A DNA stretch of 62,235 nt, counting the filler, from Choristocarpus tenellus KU-1152 (Eukaryota > Protista > Phaeophyceae): NCBI GenBank assembly GCA_964200185.2. It is 8 parts of 8 records of this genome, joined end to end, with 100 filler letters (N's around TTAATTAATTAA, not from the genome) between each part and the next. Parts side by side here need not be neighbours in the genome. Positions count along the whole stretch, not along the records: positions 1 to 8,110 come from CAXNAD020005131.1; positions 8,211 to 14,915 come from CAXNAD020007522.1; 6 more parts are not named here. One strand, written 5' to 3'. Positions 1-12,830 of the stretch are shown here, piece by piece (the stretch's first letter is position 1; every line of letters begins with the position of its first letter). Under the pieces are notes generated by a model. The model was given only the letters and a program-made list of their open reading frames with translations. It was not told the DNA's origin and did no database searches. The position numbers and the translations under genes are program-made.

Positions 1-615
1 CATGGATTCCCATTCAAAAAGGGGCCCTTAAAAAGTGCCGCTACGTTTTTTTTTAAAACATTTTTTTTTTTTTTCCGCACCATTTTCGGTCAAAACCATC
101 CTCAATAGTACGCTCCATCCTCATTTTTTAAAATCCACTGTTACATGTATGACCTAAACATCAGTAATTATGATGAAAAGAGCATGTATTATTTTGAGGA
201 GACTCATCAAGTGGGTATAAAATATATACTAATAGCACCAACTTAAACGGAATGCGATAATCTTAGAAATCACCTGTTGCGCAAATAACATAATATAATA
301 AGAGATAAGGAAGGAATCGAACCGTTTAATATATATTGGAAAGTACACTATTTTTTATAGTATTATTATACCCTCTGACATTTTGGTGTTGTGTTAGGGG
401 GGAAACAAATGAAACCTATACGTCAGTATAAGCCATAAAGAAATAAAATGTCATAAATGTCAATACACTATAAAACAATATAAATGTGAAAAACAATAAT
501 GTATTTGTTACATCACCACTATCAATATTGTACTACTGCCTTCCTATGCATCATATAATTTGTTAGAAGACAAGAAGGTCGTAATCTTAGAGGGAATGTA
601 GTAGACGGTGTTCTG

Positions 616-1750
616 CTATCGGAGATGTTCTCCCGTTTTTTTTTCCATTATTTGATCGGGACATAGCTCCCGTTCCCCGAAGCTTGGACATTCGTGGATA
701 CAAACCTTGAAACCCTCTTGACATACCCTTTCATTTGATATATGTATTCGTGTATATCTTTTCTGTGGTGATGGTGAAAAAAAATCAAGATTACCACAGA
801 GGGCAAAGCTACTTGTACCACCTTGCAAGACTTAGAAGGGATGAATAAGGTATAGTTAAGCCCATTTTTGTTTCTCAACTTACTTTGGGCACCTGTAGTC
901 TTCAAAGTGATGCGCAGCAACATGTTCGATCATTGACTCGACTTCTCCCATACATACCTGACATGACAGACCATATTGGACTGCCAATGGTACTAACTAT
1001 TTGCCACCAGATATAACACAAAACAAGAGCTCTCTGCTTCTTGTAAGACAGTCCCATCGACTAGATTGTAAAACCCAGGAACCAGCGGATGGATCTCTTT
1101 GGGCCCTTCACCCAAGGAGTGCAAGGAGAGGGAGGGTGGAGAGGGAGACACATGCGCAAGAAGACAAGGGGTGCACAGGCCCATATGCTTCACGCTGAGA
1201 AAAGTTCGAAATGGATCTGTGAGACGTAGGAATCTGCTTGTTGTCAATGATAAAAACCTTCATGTACCCTTTGTACCTTCCAATTGTACGCAAGAAAGCA
1301 CTAGGAGATTGCACAACATATTTTAGAAGCATAATTCAATCCCGCATGGGTGAAAGGGGTAGACAAAATCGAAGGATAAACAGGGAGGAATAGCATTGAA
1401 GCATGGGTTGTCTTCTGAGCAACATCCCCGGAGCAGATACCAGGGTTCAAAGTCGTCACACTTTACGACCCCAAATTGATGTTCAACAACAATACTATCT
1501 TCGGTTTTAAAATCAGGGATACCTGAAGGATATGTGTTATGATCTGATGGTCACACTACTAGCCCCCTTCCTTCAATGGCCAGTGAAATGTTTCACAAAT
1601 AATTATACCTGACAGCTGGAATCGAGCAAATGGAATATTTCACCTACATATATGATGGCATGATAACAGCGTTGGTTCAGTATTATAAGCAGTTGACACC
1701 CATCCACCTCCCTCATTCAGAAATGAGATTTGTGAGAGCAAGCATAAAAT
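616..1750 (-). mobile_element. Highly degenerate LTR-retrotransposon (Copia-like pol) relic
   Basis: Broken minus-strand frames weakly resemble Copia RT/RNase H ends (IVSTIGSPIWSVM; SPQKRYTRIHISNERV..CIHECPS). No intact ORF. Confidence 0.3.
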
Positions 1751-4242
1751 AACTGGATTAGGTTATAGCCCAAATGTTGTAGGAGGACTAAAATTGGCAT
1801 AGCTTAGTGAGATACCTAGCTGGGGGCGTTGTGGGCTTGCTGGAATAAAGTATATACATAAAAAGATGCGAAAACGATCAAGTAATTATGCACGTATGAC
1901 CCCAAAAAGCAACAGAGGGATATTTATGTTGACCTTGTTCTAAAGAACGAGAGGAGTTGTAGAGAGAGCAGACCATGCACAACCGTCCCATGGAGTGTGC
2001 CTTGTGCTAATCTGCCAATCTGCAAAAAGCGGCTCGAGGTCCTTCAGTCACAACTACTGGAAGACTGCCTATGGAATATCTGAACCAATCTCTGACTTGC
2101 TAGGCAGCAACTTACAGTGATCTCGAGCACTCTGCCGAAGTGTTGTGTAGCACTAGACTATGGTTCGTAGGGTTAAAGGTCGCAGTGTGGCACTATTCTA
2201 CTCATGTCCTTCCCAGACAGTGGTGTCTCAATGCTTAACAAACAAAATCAGAGGCTGGGTGCCTACCTCACCAGCATCATCCTTAGCCATCAAGTCACAA
2301 ATCACGTGCTCTCCCCGAGTGGTCTCATTATTTTCGTTTTTCCTTGAGTCATTCCCTAGACCACTCTCTCCCTCCATCTTTATCGTCCAGGTATAGGGAG
2401 TCGGGACAGCGATCCAGGCAGGATTCGATCTCATAACCTCCGATTTTGTTGAAAGTAGAAATACCACTACCATAATGTGGTGTTGCGCTGGTTGGAAGAG
2501 ACAAAATAGCACTGTGAGTGGTGGGATGACCCATGGATTATATTGGGAAGATTCCTACCCAATTTTTCTTTGTCAAATATTGAAATATTACTATTGTGGG
2601 AGGGGGAGAGAGCCAATAGTAGTATTGTGGTTTATGTTTGATATTATTACTTTATTGTATGGACAATATATATCATAGAGAGAGCATCTTTATCTGTCAT
2701 TGTAGACTTGGTGCATTAAGGAATTAGCTATCGGCATAACATAAAAAGCCATCAAGATATATTGATTAAAAAGGAAGAGTAATTTATGAGAAAGTGGTTT
2801 ATGTGAAGATTGTGTTTGTAGAGAAGAGGAATATACTTCTTTCTGACTAGTGGATTAATAATATTCCCACACAAAACCCTTCTGAAAGGTGGTGGGGATG
2901 ATCACTACTAATGTTACTTCAATAATAGCTATATTGCAGACTCCTATTAAGTGCACCTCCTTTGGAATGAAGGGTGGGTGTTGTCGACATACTTGGAAGA
3001 AGTCACTCCATGTCTGAAACTTCGCCATGAAGGCTGAGGGACCTCTTTGGATGAATGCACGTATCTGGGACAGATGAGGTACAAACAATATTACTATACT
3101 TAGTTCATATTCGAGAAGCAAATACATTGACATAATACTTGGAGTACTAATATTAATACATGGTAGTGCACTGACCAATGAATAGGGTATTGACATACTC
3201 CGAAGTACATGTTCGATATGTTTACTCCTGTGTTTATGTATGTCAAACGTATTGATTGGAGTTATGGAAGCCCAGAAAGCGTTATAGGTGTGCGATGATG
3301 CCGTGAATGATTTTTGGCGAGTTCCCTGAGATAACTTTGCCTGAACAAGATGCACTATGTGAAAGTAACTAGCTTGTCAAAGAGCGCATGTGTGTACATC
3401 AATATCTACGGTGAATTTCGGGGGATATCCTTGTTCGTAGATAGTGCTGCTAACACACATAGACACCACCGGTGGATAATATATTAGGGTTAGGGTTAGG
3501 ATGGAGAGCCAGTGACAGATATATTGTATAAGTACTGACTCATAGTGTTGATTGATTTTTATATCACATTCAAGATACACTTTCTATACCTAAGACAAGT
3601 GAATAAGTGATTCATAGTAAATTAGTGTGGACGATTACAAACCCCACACTATATACATAATAATGGTAGTCTGGGCTATATATATAGTCTTACCCACACA
3701 GTCAGTCAGCGGAATCAAGACCACAAGCCCCTTGTAATATTAACTTTGCATATCTACACCGAGCTATTCACTGTCTTTCATCAAATCACCAAAGCCGCGG
3801 GTCCAGTGTGGAATATTTCAACATATCTTTCCGTTGTTGTTGTCACGCTTATCTTTTCTCCACCATGGGTAGTAATGTCAGTCTAAGGTGGACAAAACTT
3901 TGATGTGGATCAAAGTCCATCCTCCCATGTGCTTCTCTGGCTAACTCGAATCATTGGATGATTGCAAAGTTACATCTTGCCCATCTATCTGTCACTATTA
4001 TTTATTGGCGCACTCAGATTTAGTTGCCACGCAATACTTCATATGCTAATCTCAGAATGGCACCTATGCACATGTATGTACAAGGCGTAGGATGATCAAT
4101 CGAGAGATATGACACAAACTAATAAGATAAACTTCTCTTCTTGTAGATAAACAGTTGTTTAGATTGTCCCAAGCCGAAATTTACTCTGTTGGTGAATACC
4201 ATGGGACGCATCACACTCTTGACGTAGGCGAAGCACACCGGG

Positions 4243-4666
4243 CTACTAGGTCTAATTCCGATAAGATCATTTGGTTGAATCACCCCCGATCGATTGTACA
4301 ACTGCTGTAGAGATAGTCGTGCTATTACAAAATTACTTCCTACAACATCATTGTACTTACACGTAACAGGAATGTGCGGTTGCTTGTAAACCTTAACTCA
4401 CAATACAGGTACTACATCAGGGTACGTTCTGTAGTCTACGTAGAACTCACCAGTTACTAGGTCTGGTTCCGATAAGATCAATTGGTTGAATCACCCCCGA
4501 TCGATTGTACAAATGCTATAGAGATAATCACCCTATTACGGAATTACGTCCTACTGCAACAATGTACTTACGTGCAACAAGAATGTGCGGTTGCCTGTAA
4601 TCCCTAACAACTCACAATACAGGTACCTCATGAGGGTACGTTCTCTAGTCTACGTAGAACTCACCA
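4243..4666. repeat. Diverged tandem duplication, two units of ~210 bp
   Basis: Units 4243-4452 and 4453-4666 both run ACTAGGTCT..TTCCGATAAGATCA..GGTTGAATCACCCCCGATCGATTGTACAA ... GTCTACGTAGAACTCACCA. Confidence 0.9.
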
Positions 4667-5162
4667 TCCACATCTGTTTCAAGACTAAAACATGGATCCT
4701 TCAACTTCAACCTTCTGCGGAATTGTGTCCTATATCACTCCCTCACTCTATACACGTTGCTTCCATGGCAAGGGAGGGTCACCCCATCTGTTTGTTATGT
4801 TCTGACTACGATATGTTACAACGGATTGCAAGGAATTCTTGTTTGTATTCGTTTTGTTTTCACGTTAGAAGTGACAGAGTCACAATATTACTGATCTACC
4901 CATTTCTAGTTGTTTGTTTCTCGATCTCAATAATTTGTGGTTACGTTGATAATGTGATATAATATAATAATACTATTACTATTATGAGGCGTTAGGAAAT
5001 TTCTATTTGTAACTGTCGTTTTGATTATTCTAGTCTTCTAAACACCCCTATCTGAGGTACAGGAAACCGAGGCAAGTGGAGCAGATCTTCGAACACGTTG
5101 TCGTCGAGGACATGCAGGTACGGAAAGGGTCAATGGAGATAATCGTGTGTTCCCTTCAGACC

Positions 5163-5255
5163 CAAAGCATTTAAGAGGGTAGGGCCCCGTCCGTTCGGGC
5201 TCAAAAATCCAATGTTGCGATTTTTATGAATTTTGGCTATCCTGTTAGGAAGTGG
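5163..5255 (+). mobile_element. MITE family A, 5' half copy
   Basis: CAAAGCATTTAAGAGGGTAGGG...AAAATCCAATGTTGCGATTTT matches the left part of the adjacent full copy. Confidence 0.7.
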
Positions 5256-5259
5256 AGGC

Positions 5260-5507
5260 AAAGTATCTTAGAGGGTAGGGCCGCGTCCATTTGGGGGCCA
5301 AAATCCAATGTTGTGATTTTGATGTAATTTGACTATCGTGTTTGTTAGGGCGTGTCAGTATCCTTGTTCTGGACACACCTTTTCTTAATGTACACATTTT
5401 ACCTAATCCTAAACATTTTGGAGTAGGAAAATGTCACAATAAAACCCATGGGAAGCCAAGCCCCAAAGGAACAAACAGGGCAAGTCTCGTACCCTCTAAG
5501 ATACTTT
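5260..5507 (+). mobile_element. MITE family A (~250 bp), full copy
   Basis: Perfect 18-bp TIR AAAGTATCTTAGAGGGTA...TACCCTCTAAGATACTTT. Non-coding, with several further copies in the window. Confidence 0.85.
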
Positions 5508-5699
5508 CACTCAGTGTCAATATCCTCGCTCCGGACACACCTTTCATAGTCACATACATTTTAGGAGTACTCCAGACTACAACTTTGGATGTCGCGTCCT
5601 GCATTCAAACGTGCACAGAAAACTCTTCACAGAACACAATATGCTAGCTTTTAAAACAAATTCACAGCTATTCAGTTAACATGTGCCATCATGAATTTT

Positions 5700-8100
5700 T
5701 TCGCCATCACATCAAATGCCCCGTCAACCGTTCCCATCTTTGGTAGGGTCCTATGCATGGATTCGAGGGAGTACAACATAGTACCCTTGTGCAGCGCCGG
5801 ATCGGGTAAGAACCCAAGGTGGTTGTGGCGTTCAATTCATTTGGTACGAGAACAAAAAAACCTACGGGTGAACCCTCCAACCCACCGCACCTTAATAGAG
5901 AGGCACACCTCCCACCTTTGGTGGCCCATGTTTTCTTCGTCAAGAATACCCCATAGAGTGTATAGATTTTGGTGGAATATTTATGTTGAGGATCTTCCAT
6001 TGTGAAGATCCCACTGTCCAGCATCTTCATCAATCCATCAACCCTTAGTCCAACCCTGATTTGCACTCTGTTGTCTCCTCCACGCTGACGCTGCTGCTAC
6101 ATCATCCCACAACCTCTGCGATCTTCTCCAACTCCATTTGAACATCTTTGTCCCTACACCTACCTGGCCCCTCCCACACCCACACCCCTTTTTTCGGTTT
6201 GCCAGGGATGCCTCTGAACAAGCAAGTGCCTTCCAGACAATGACAGCGGAAATACCCCTGGTGCTGGTTCCACGATGGCCTAGTCTATTTCACTTTGCTT
6301 TGAATGTTCCCAGTGGAGTCTACGTATTGTGAGCACAGTCATCTTTTATCAAGTGCAAGTATAGGTTACACTTATAGAGAGGCTCGCCCAATGCAGTTTT
6401 GACCAATTAGGCCAATGCTGTCAAGAAACACAAAGTCATTGTCCTACCTACATAGCCAGAATCTCGTCTCTGGGCCTGACTGAAAGCTCCTCATGCCATG
6501 CATGTCCCATACATGCAGTTGTTGACTCCTTGGTTACATACCTTTTTTAGAACACTAAGAGCACACTGTACTTTTCTGTTTCTTTCAGTAATGATTTATG
6601 AAATTCCGACCAACCAATCTGATCTTTGTACACTCTCCTCCTAGATAAAGCAACATGGTCATGCAATCATACATCAATGATGAAAAGCATGGGTTTTGAA
6701 ATTTTCTCTCCCTAGTCCTTTGTATTACAGGAGTCTAAGTTGGTTGGTATGTCTGCAGTCACAAACATCGCCTGGATAACTTCTCTGTCGGTAAAATAAC
6801 CACTGCAACCATTTTTTCCAGCCCTTCTCGCCCTGCACAAACCTCTCTTCTGCATTACAATTTATTTTTCATCACAGTGTGACCTAGAGACGACTGAAGC
6901 ATGAGTGAGGTAAGGCACTCTGCCATTGTTGGTTGTGGATGCTATTGTATATAAAAAGTGAAGAAACACTCTTCCCCCCTCCTCCCTTCTGGCATATACA
7001 GCCAGTAGTAGAAAATCATTTTCAAAGCACTAGCAAACAACCCCCTAAGAAAAAGAAGATTGTTATCCTCTCGGACATCAGTACCATGCCTCTTTTACCA
7101 ACTTGCAACTCCTTGTCTTGCATGACATCATCACCACCTAGTCATACCTGTCCATTTATTTCTCAAAACTCGCTTGGCCAAAGTCAGATACCAAAAGTGG
7201 CACAAGGATCAGGGAGAGTTGGCGGCTGGGGTGAAGTGGTGAGTAGTGCCCCCTTCCCTGCCCCACATATTATCCCTGCTAATGAGCATTGGTTGCTCAC
7301 AGCTTGGCCTATGATGATGGTACAAAACGTGTTTGTATCATCATCAACAGGAAGCAGCAGAGAAGAACCTATTGCTCTTGGTTCAAGGGTCCGGCATGTC
7401 ATTAGTTCTTCATATCCATGAATCTTACTAATAATATCATTGCTCTTAGTGCTCGAGTAAGTGATGCTAAGAAGGGATATAAATAGGATTGTGGTCAAGC
7501 ATGTGGGGGTCTGGTTGGTAGTATGGTATACTGAATAAACCAATTTTGGGCATGACGGAGTCAACTTGTATTGTCACTGGTACGCCTCATACCGTCATAA
7601 CGATGTGCTGATCCCCCAACATTTTTTTTGTTGACAATATATCCGATCTTCTCATTAAAAGCAGTGGGATCTCCGATTTCAAGTCGTCCTAACAAGCCGT
7701 CCTAACATCTCTTATCATTGAGTTTTGTCAGGGCTTTGGAGTGGTTGACAATATTGATATGAAAATGCAAGAAGACCTTGATGGTGTATGTGTAAATGCT
7801 TATATACTGCTAGCAGGACATGTCATCAAATTACAATTATACCCCTCTGCCTGCTGCCAATTTTTCAGTTTGCGGAAATTGGGAATTTCATTTGCAGCTT
7901 ATCTAGCGGACTGCCCGAAATGAAAGGCCTCTACTAAGAAGACTCTCTCTGATGCCATGACTCGAGTGCCAATCATAGCAACAATAAGATCTCTCAGGGT
8001 TTTGAAATGTTCTACCAGTAGTGACCATATGCCCTTCTGTACCAGCCCCCCCCCCCCAGTCAACCTTCACCTGGCCTTTCCCCTTTTAGGGCTGGCCAGG
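5700..8100 (-). mobile_element. Degenerate retroelement, possibly DIRS-like (RT, RNase H, tyrosine recombinase order)
   Basis: Fragments on the minus strand (VEAFHFGQ; IGYIVNKK; a DN-like RNase H segment; a recombinase-like C-terminus near 5750-5810). Many stops and frameshifts. Confidence 0.3.
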
Positions 8101-8110
8101 CCAGAGAGAA

Positions 8111-8210
8111 NNNNNNNNNNNNNNNNNNNNNNNNNNNNNNNNNNNNNNNNNNNNTTAATTAATTAANNNNNNNNNNNNNNNNNNNNNNNNNNNNNNNNNN
8201 NNNNNNNNNN
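8111..8210. other. Artificial contig spacer. Identical spacers at 14916-15015, 21863-21962, 28144-28243, 36024-36123, 49526-49625, 53780-53879
   Basis: N-run + TTAATTAATTAA (stop codons in all six frames) + N-run, 100 bp each time. Confidence 0.98.
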
Positions 8211-9854
8211 GCATCAATCGCTAACAGCTAATTTCACACTTGAGAGTGGTACTACACGACAGAACCCCCCCCCTCCCCCCTCCCCCCTCCCCCAGCAGAT
8301 GTATACATGAAACCATCACCACAGCAAGGTTTTCCCATAAACCTTTCACGATTCACGTCTCAGTCACCCCCTACCCCCACTCAAACCAGACTTTCCACCC
8401 AATGACCTCCTTTGAGGAAAAGTCCTGTCTTTTGAAAAACATAAAGCAAAATCATCACAAACAGGGCCCTCTTCTGGTGTAGGCTTGCAATCTTCATTGC
8501 GCTTGGCTACCTGAATCATCCCCATTCCCTACTACGGAGCACTCAAAAATGGACGGTTTCCCTTTGAAAGTTCTTTAGGTTTTCACAACACATGGTCGTT
8601 CAACCTCACTGGAACCAGCTTGATGCAGTACAACACTCCGATACAATTTGAAATGTCATACTTCTTAGTTGACTGATTCACACAGAGACTTAATCCATCG
8701 CTTCTTCTGCAAGGAGCACCAGATCATGTCTCGATCCAGAAAACTCACCGGTTCTCAAAGCCAGAGCTACCCACATCAAACCCAATCATTAGAATAGTCA
8801 TGAAGAGAAGTGGAGCTCTTTGCATCAACCATCAACCAAGTGATAACTCCTACAGGAGTCTAGCGCCTTTCGTTTATTGTTTTTATTTTTTTGAGGCTTT
8901 CTATACACACAACTGAATGTACCCTCCCCCCTCCCCTCCCCCCAAACATCATTGCTCCTGTTTGGCTGCTGGGTAACTGGGCAGTGGTCTTTCTTATTTG
9001 TTCCATTGCGCAAGATGCTTTTCTGGATTTAATTGACAAGGCTAACGGCCCTAAGAAGAAAAGAAAATGGCATGGGAACAGCGGCCACTTGCCTTTCCTT
9101 CCCATCACTTCATGCGTCTACCTGCTCAATATCTGTAACCATTCTGTTTTGGCAACAGATACAAACTCTCAATACTTCTTAAAAAGAAATAGAACCCGTC
9201 TCTCTCTCTCTCAGACCTCAGCTTTCCCTCCCAAGTTGATATTTGGCTTTGCAGTACAGATGCATAATTCAGTACATATCGAAAGATCTATATACCTTCA
9301 TATCGCCACACAAAAAACGCACTTGATAAATCATTTACTACTATCATCAACCCCATCCCAGCTGCAAAAAAACAAGGGTACTGGTTCCCTTACCTCGAAA
9401 CATGAACAAGCCACACTTTTCTTGTTAAAACACACAAAATCACATCAAACAACATCAGAGTTGTCATACGATCTACAACAGAAAGGTTTCTTGGCATAAC
9501 CAACCAGCCCACACGGTCCTCCTGTAGAGGAACTAAACATAGAAATGGTGGTGTGTTTGTTCAGTACGATAAAGAAACCAAGTAACGGTATGATATATAA
9601 AGCATAAACCACCATCAGTATAACTGTACATCAGAGTTACAACCCATACTGTCACACCATTCCGCTTGCTACTTCTCCCCCAATTACATGCAATAGGCCG
9701 AAATATCTCAATCTGCTTTACTCCTGCTGCAACTAAAAATGGGAATGGTCACAAGGGAGGTTGATATATTACCCTGACCCAAACATGCAGACCTACTGCA
9801 GACACAATAAAATGTGTTCAAACTGCCTCATTGACGCATTCACCCCTCCCTCAC

Positions 9855-11923
9855 CTGTTATATGCTTCATTGAAGTACAGCCCTTGATCGTGTTGAAAGG
9901 TCATTCCCCAATCCTGTAAGAGAACAAGGGCCTGCTCCCGCACCTGCAAAAGGGCCGGACAAGTATACACATGCAGGTTGTAGAAAATCTCCTATCAAAA
10001 GTAAGCTTTGTTCAATTTTGTAGTTGTGGAATGGAAAATATCCATTATTAAAGATCATACACAAATGTATCGATTGAGTATCATGCTGACTGTGTGGAAT
10101 ACCAGGCTTAAGATTTTTAGATGACCTTTTTTGCACTCAGCCATCCTTCAGTAACACGGGATCATCTCTAGTTGTCAATAGAGATATCTGCTCCTTGCAT
10201 TTGAGCCTACTTCTTCTCGAGTTTGAAATGAGTTGATCTAGAGAAAAAGGTACTAGAGCTAATGATCTTTTGTGTCCATATTTTTTAGAAGTTTTAGTTC
10301 AGTTTCAGTGACCACTTCATTGAAACACACAAACAGTGCCAAAAAAGCACCTCTACAAATCAATGGGCACCATAAAGAGGTATCATCGCATCTATTCTGT
10401 ACTTCAAAATCAGCTGTACAATTGCACTTATATTAAAATTGTGCATTTTAATAATTTGCAATTTTGAAGCAGTCCAAAAAATGCATGTCCAACTTTGAAG
10501 ATAACCTCGAGAAAAACGATTTGAGGGTTATTTTCCTGTACAGTAGTATTGTCGATGTAACTGCTGTCTTTGGATCTTTTGCAAAAGAGGTGCTACAATT
10601 AGATCACAAATGCCTTGCGATATCCTTGAGTACAGATGGCGTCAAAAGATGCAACTTGACTGCTTTCAAGAAGTTTGGGGGACAAGAACACCCGAGAAGT
10701 TGGAGAAATGGAGGGTTGAGAGATATCATTGTGTCCAACTACACACTGATTCTATTTAACATATATCATTTTCCATACACCTAAAACCGTCAGAGTCAGT
10801 TACTTGAACCGAGAGGAGGATACAATCAGCTAAAGTCACTCAAGGACCTACATATTATATATTCCAGATCATAATGCACTCTATAGCAAAATCCTTACGC
10901 ATTCTGGGTAGTATGCTTTGGACTGAACAAAAGAGAGAGAGAGAGGGAGAGAGTGTGGGGTAGGTCATATAGCCATCACCATCCTCTCACAACTCAATCT
11001 GCCCCAGTGCATTCATCCGTAAGATTACTGTTTGTCCCCTTACCTCCCATCCCTTGCGCCCGTCTGCCAAAGCGGTGATCTCGGTAAGGAAATCTCTGCT
11101 TCCGACGGCCTGGTGCAATGGTCGACGGCAGTTCTTTACAACGGCGTCGCACAGAGTGAGAGTGAGGCGCACAATCTTCGGGTTTTCGCTCTTCAGGCGT
11201 CGCTTCATGGCCCTGGTGGCAAATATTGACCCGTCTTGGCGACGGTTGATCTGAAGACACAGTAGAAAAATGGGGATGGGTCCTTATCCTACTATATGCA
11301 AAGATAGTTGAGAGTTCCCTCAATATAGATGGTTTATATTGTTGGCATGCAGTTATATAGCTGTACCAATATATCTAATATTCAGTACCAGAATGGAGCA
11401 CACAATCACGTATCATGATACAACCAGTTTGGTGTAACAACATGCAATCAATTCAAACAAAAGGCTGGGAGAAAAAGAATGCGAAGGTTTAAATGTCCAA
11501 GTGTCTCATAAGTTATCCGTCATTCATCGTGGGGAGGCTACGATCTCCAATTGTCATAATGATCCTGCATCGTAACCCTCAATCCCAGAACCCAGAGAAG
11601 AGAAATTCTTAGAAGCTTCCCAGATTAATCTCATCTTGACTATTCCTGGAGTGAAATGTGTGTTGTGTCGCCGCGTCCTTGCCGAGGCAGGATTGACAGA
11701 CTACTCGAGATCATACCATCAACGAGGACAACTTCAACCCAAGAACCAAGATATGTATCGATATTTCGCTGATCCATCGAATCACCTCATCGCAGATCTG
11801 TATATTGGCCGACCAATCTGCACCGACGAGGGACTCGCTAGTGGCTTTTTCAATGGCTGCTCCCACTGGATTAGAGAATTCTCCGCCAAGTCCCATTGCT
11901 GCTTGCAACCCTGACAAGTCCAT
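9855..11923 (-). CDS. VHS-domain protein (TOM1/GGA/Hrs-like), N-terminal exons 11923-11786, 11250-11044, 9943-9855; later exons unresolved
   Basis: GT-AG exons splice in frame to MDLSG..NPVGAAIEKATSESLVGADWSANIQICDE|INRRQDG..AMKRRLKSENPKIVRLTLTLCDAVVKNC..VGSRDFL..WE|VREQALVLLQDWG, the canonical VHS pattern. Confidence 0.9.
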
Positions 11924-12509
11924 CTCGTCTTACCAAGACAAGCGACAGATTGGCAATGTCGAGATCCAACCCTAGGACGCCCACGATCAATTCAGTTAAG
12001 GTCTTCGCACTGCAAATCACACTATCTCGTCTTCATGCAAGGCCAGCTCACCCACAAAAGGAACCCAACTTGCTCCAAACATCTAACGCCAAACGCCGAA
12101 CTCTATAGGCAAACAGGAATATTCAACTATACCTTCTTCCGTCACAGCAAGAGTAGTAGAGTTTTTAAATTCGTAAGAATTTTCAATTTTTTGTTAGGGA
12201 ATTTTGGAAAAGAATATTATTATGAAATAAACGCCTCTGATATATGTTTCTCAATGAAACCTCGACACTTGGTTTTGTTAAATCTTGAGCAGGTGGAAGA
12301 AAGCTCCAAGTTGTTTGTTGTTTGTGGTTGTTCTCGAACTTGTTCTCTACCTGAGAGGACTTTGCAGAAACCGACAGTCTACCACACATTGAGAGAACTA
12401 TCTCTATATCGCATTCTCTAGCTTCGAAGTTTAATACCCCTCCTCGAGCGATAGTCAATCCTCTGCTACTGCCGGATAGCGTCAGGGTCATCCTTGGATC
12501 GGTTGCACA
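11924..12509. promoter_or_regulatory. Putative bidirectional promoter region between the VHS and TPR genes
   Basis: Divergent ATGs about 590 bp apart. No specific motifs identified. Confidence 0.45.
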
Positions 12510-12830
12510 ATGCCAAACCCAGCTGCTGAAGTCCACAAGGCGTGAGTTTAATGGCCCCTTGCGATTGCAGCCTTTGTGTACGTAATGATGTGCAAGTATG
12601 TTATTAGATTTGATTGACGTGTATTTACTGGAAACTAAATAATGGTTTCGGAAAATCATTTTCCGAAACGAGTTCGTTCACCCTTCTCTATTGCCTATCT
12701 TCTCCCACTTGCCCTTCCTCAGTGAAGGGAACCGGTTTTTCAAGAATGGTGACTACCGCAATGCTATAAGGAAGTACACGGATGCGATCGATGTGGATCC
12801 AACTAACCATGCGTACTGGTCGAACCGTAG
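12510..12830 (+). CDS. TPR-repeat protein (STI1/Hop/SGT-like N-terminus), exons 12510-12541 and 12723-12830; remainder not resolved
   Basis: MPNPAAEVHKA|EGNRFFKNGDYRNAIRKYTDAIDVDPTNHAYWSNR with phase-compatible GT/AG sites; carboxylate-clamp-type TPR consensus. Confidence 0.85.

Noticed and set aside
3484-3500. TTAGGG repeats (also ~27742)
   Set aside because: Only 2-3 units, too short to call an interstitial telomere.
8111-8210. Recurrent TTAATTAATTAA motif between N-runs
   Set aside because: Artificial linker joining contigs; ORFs ending in XXXLIN are artefacts.
8891-9499. 202-aa plus-strand ORF
   Set aside because: No recognisable motifs, non-ATG start, and it lies antisense in the probable downstream intron region of the VHS gene.
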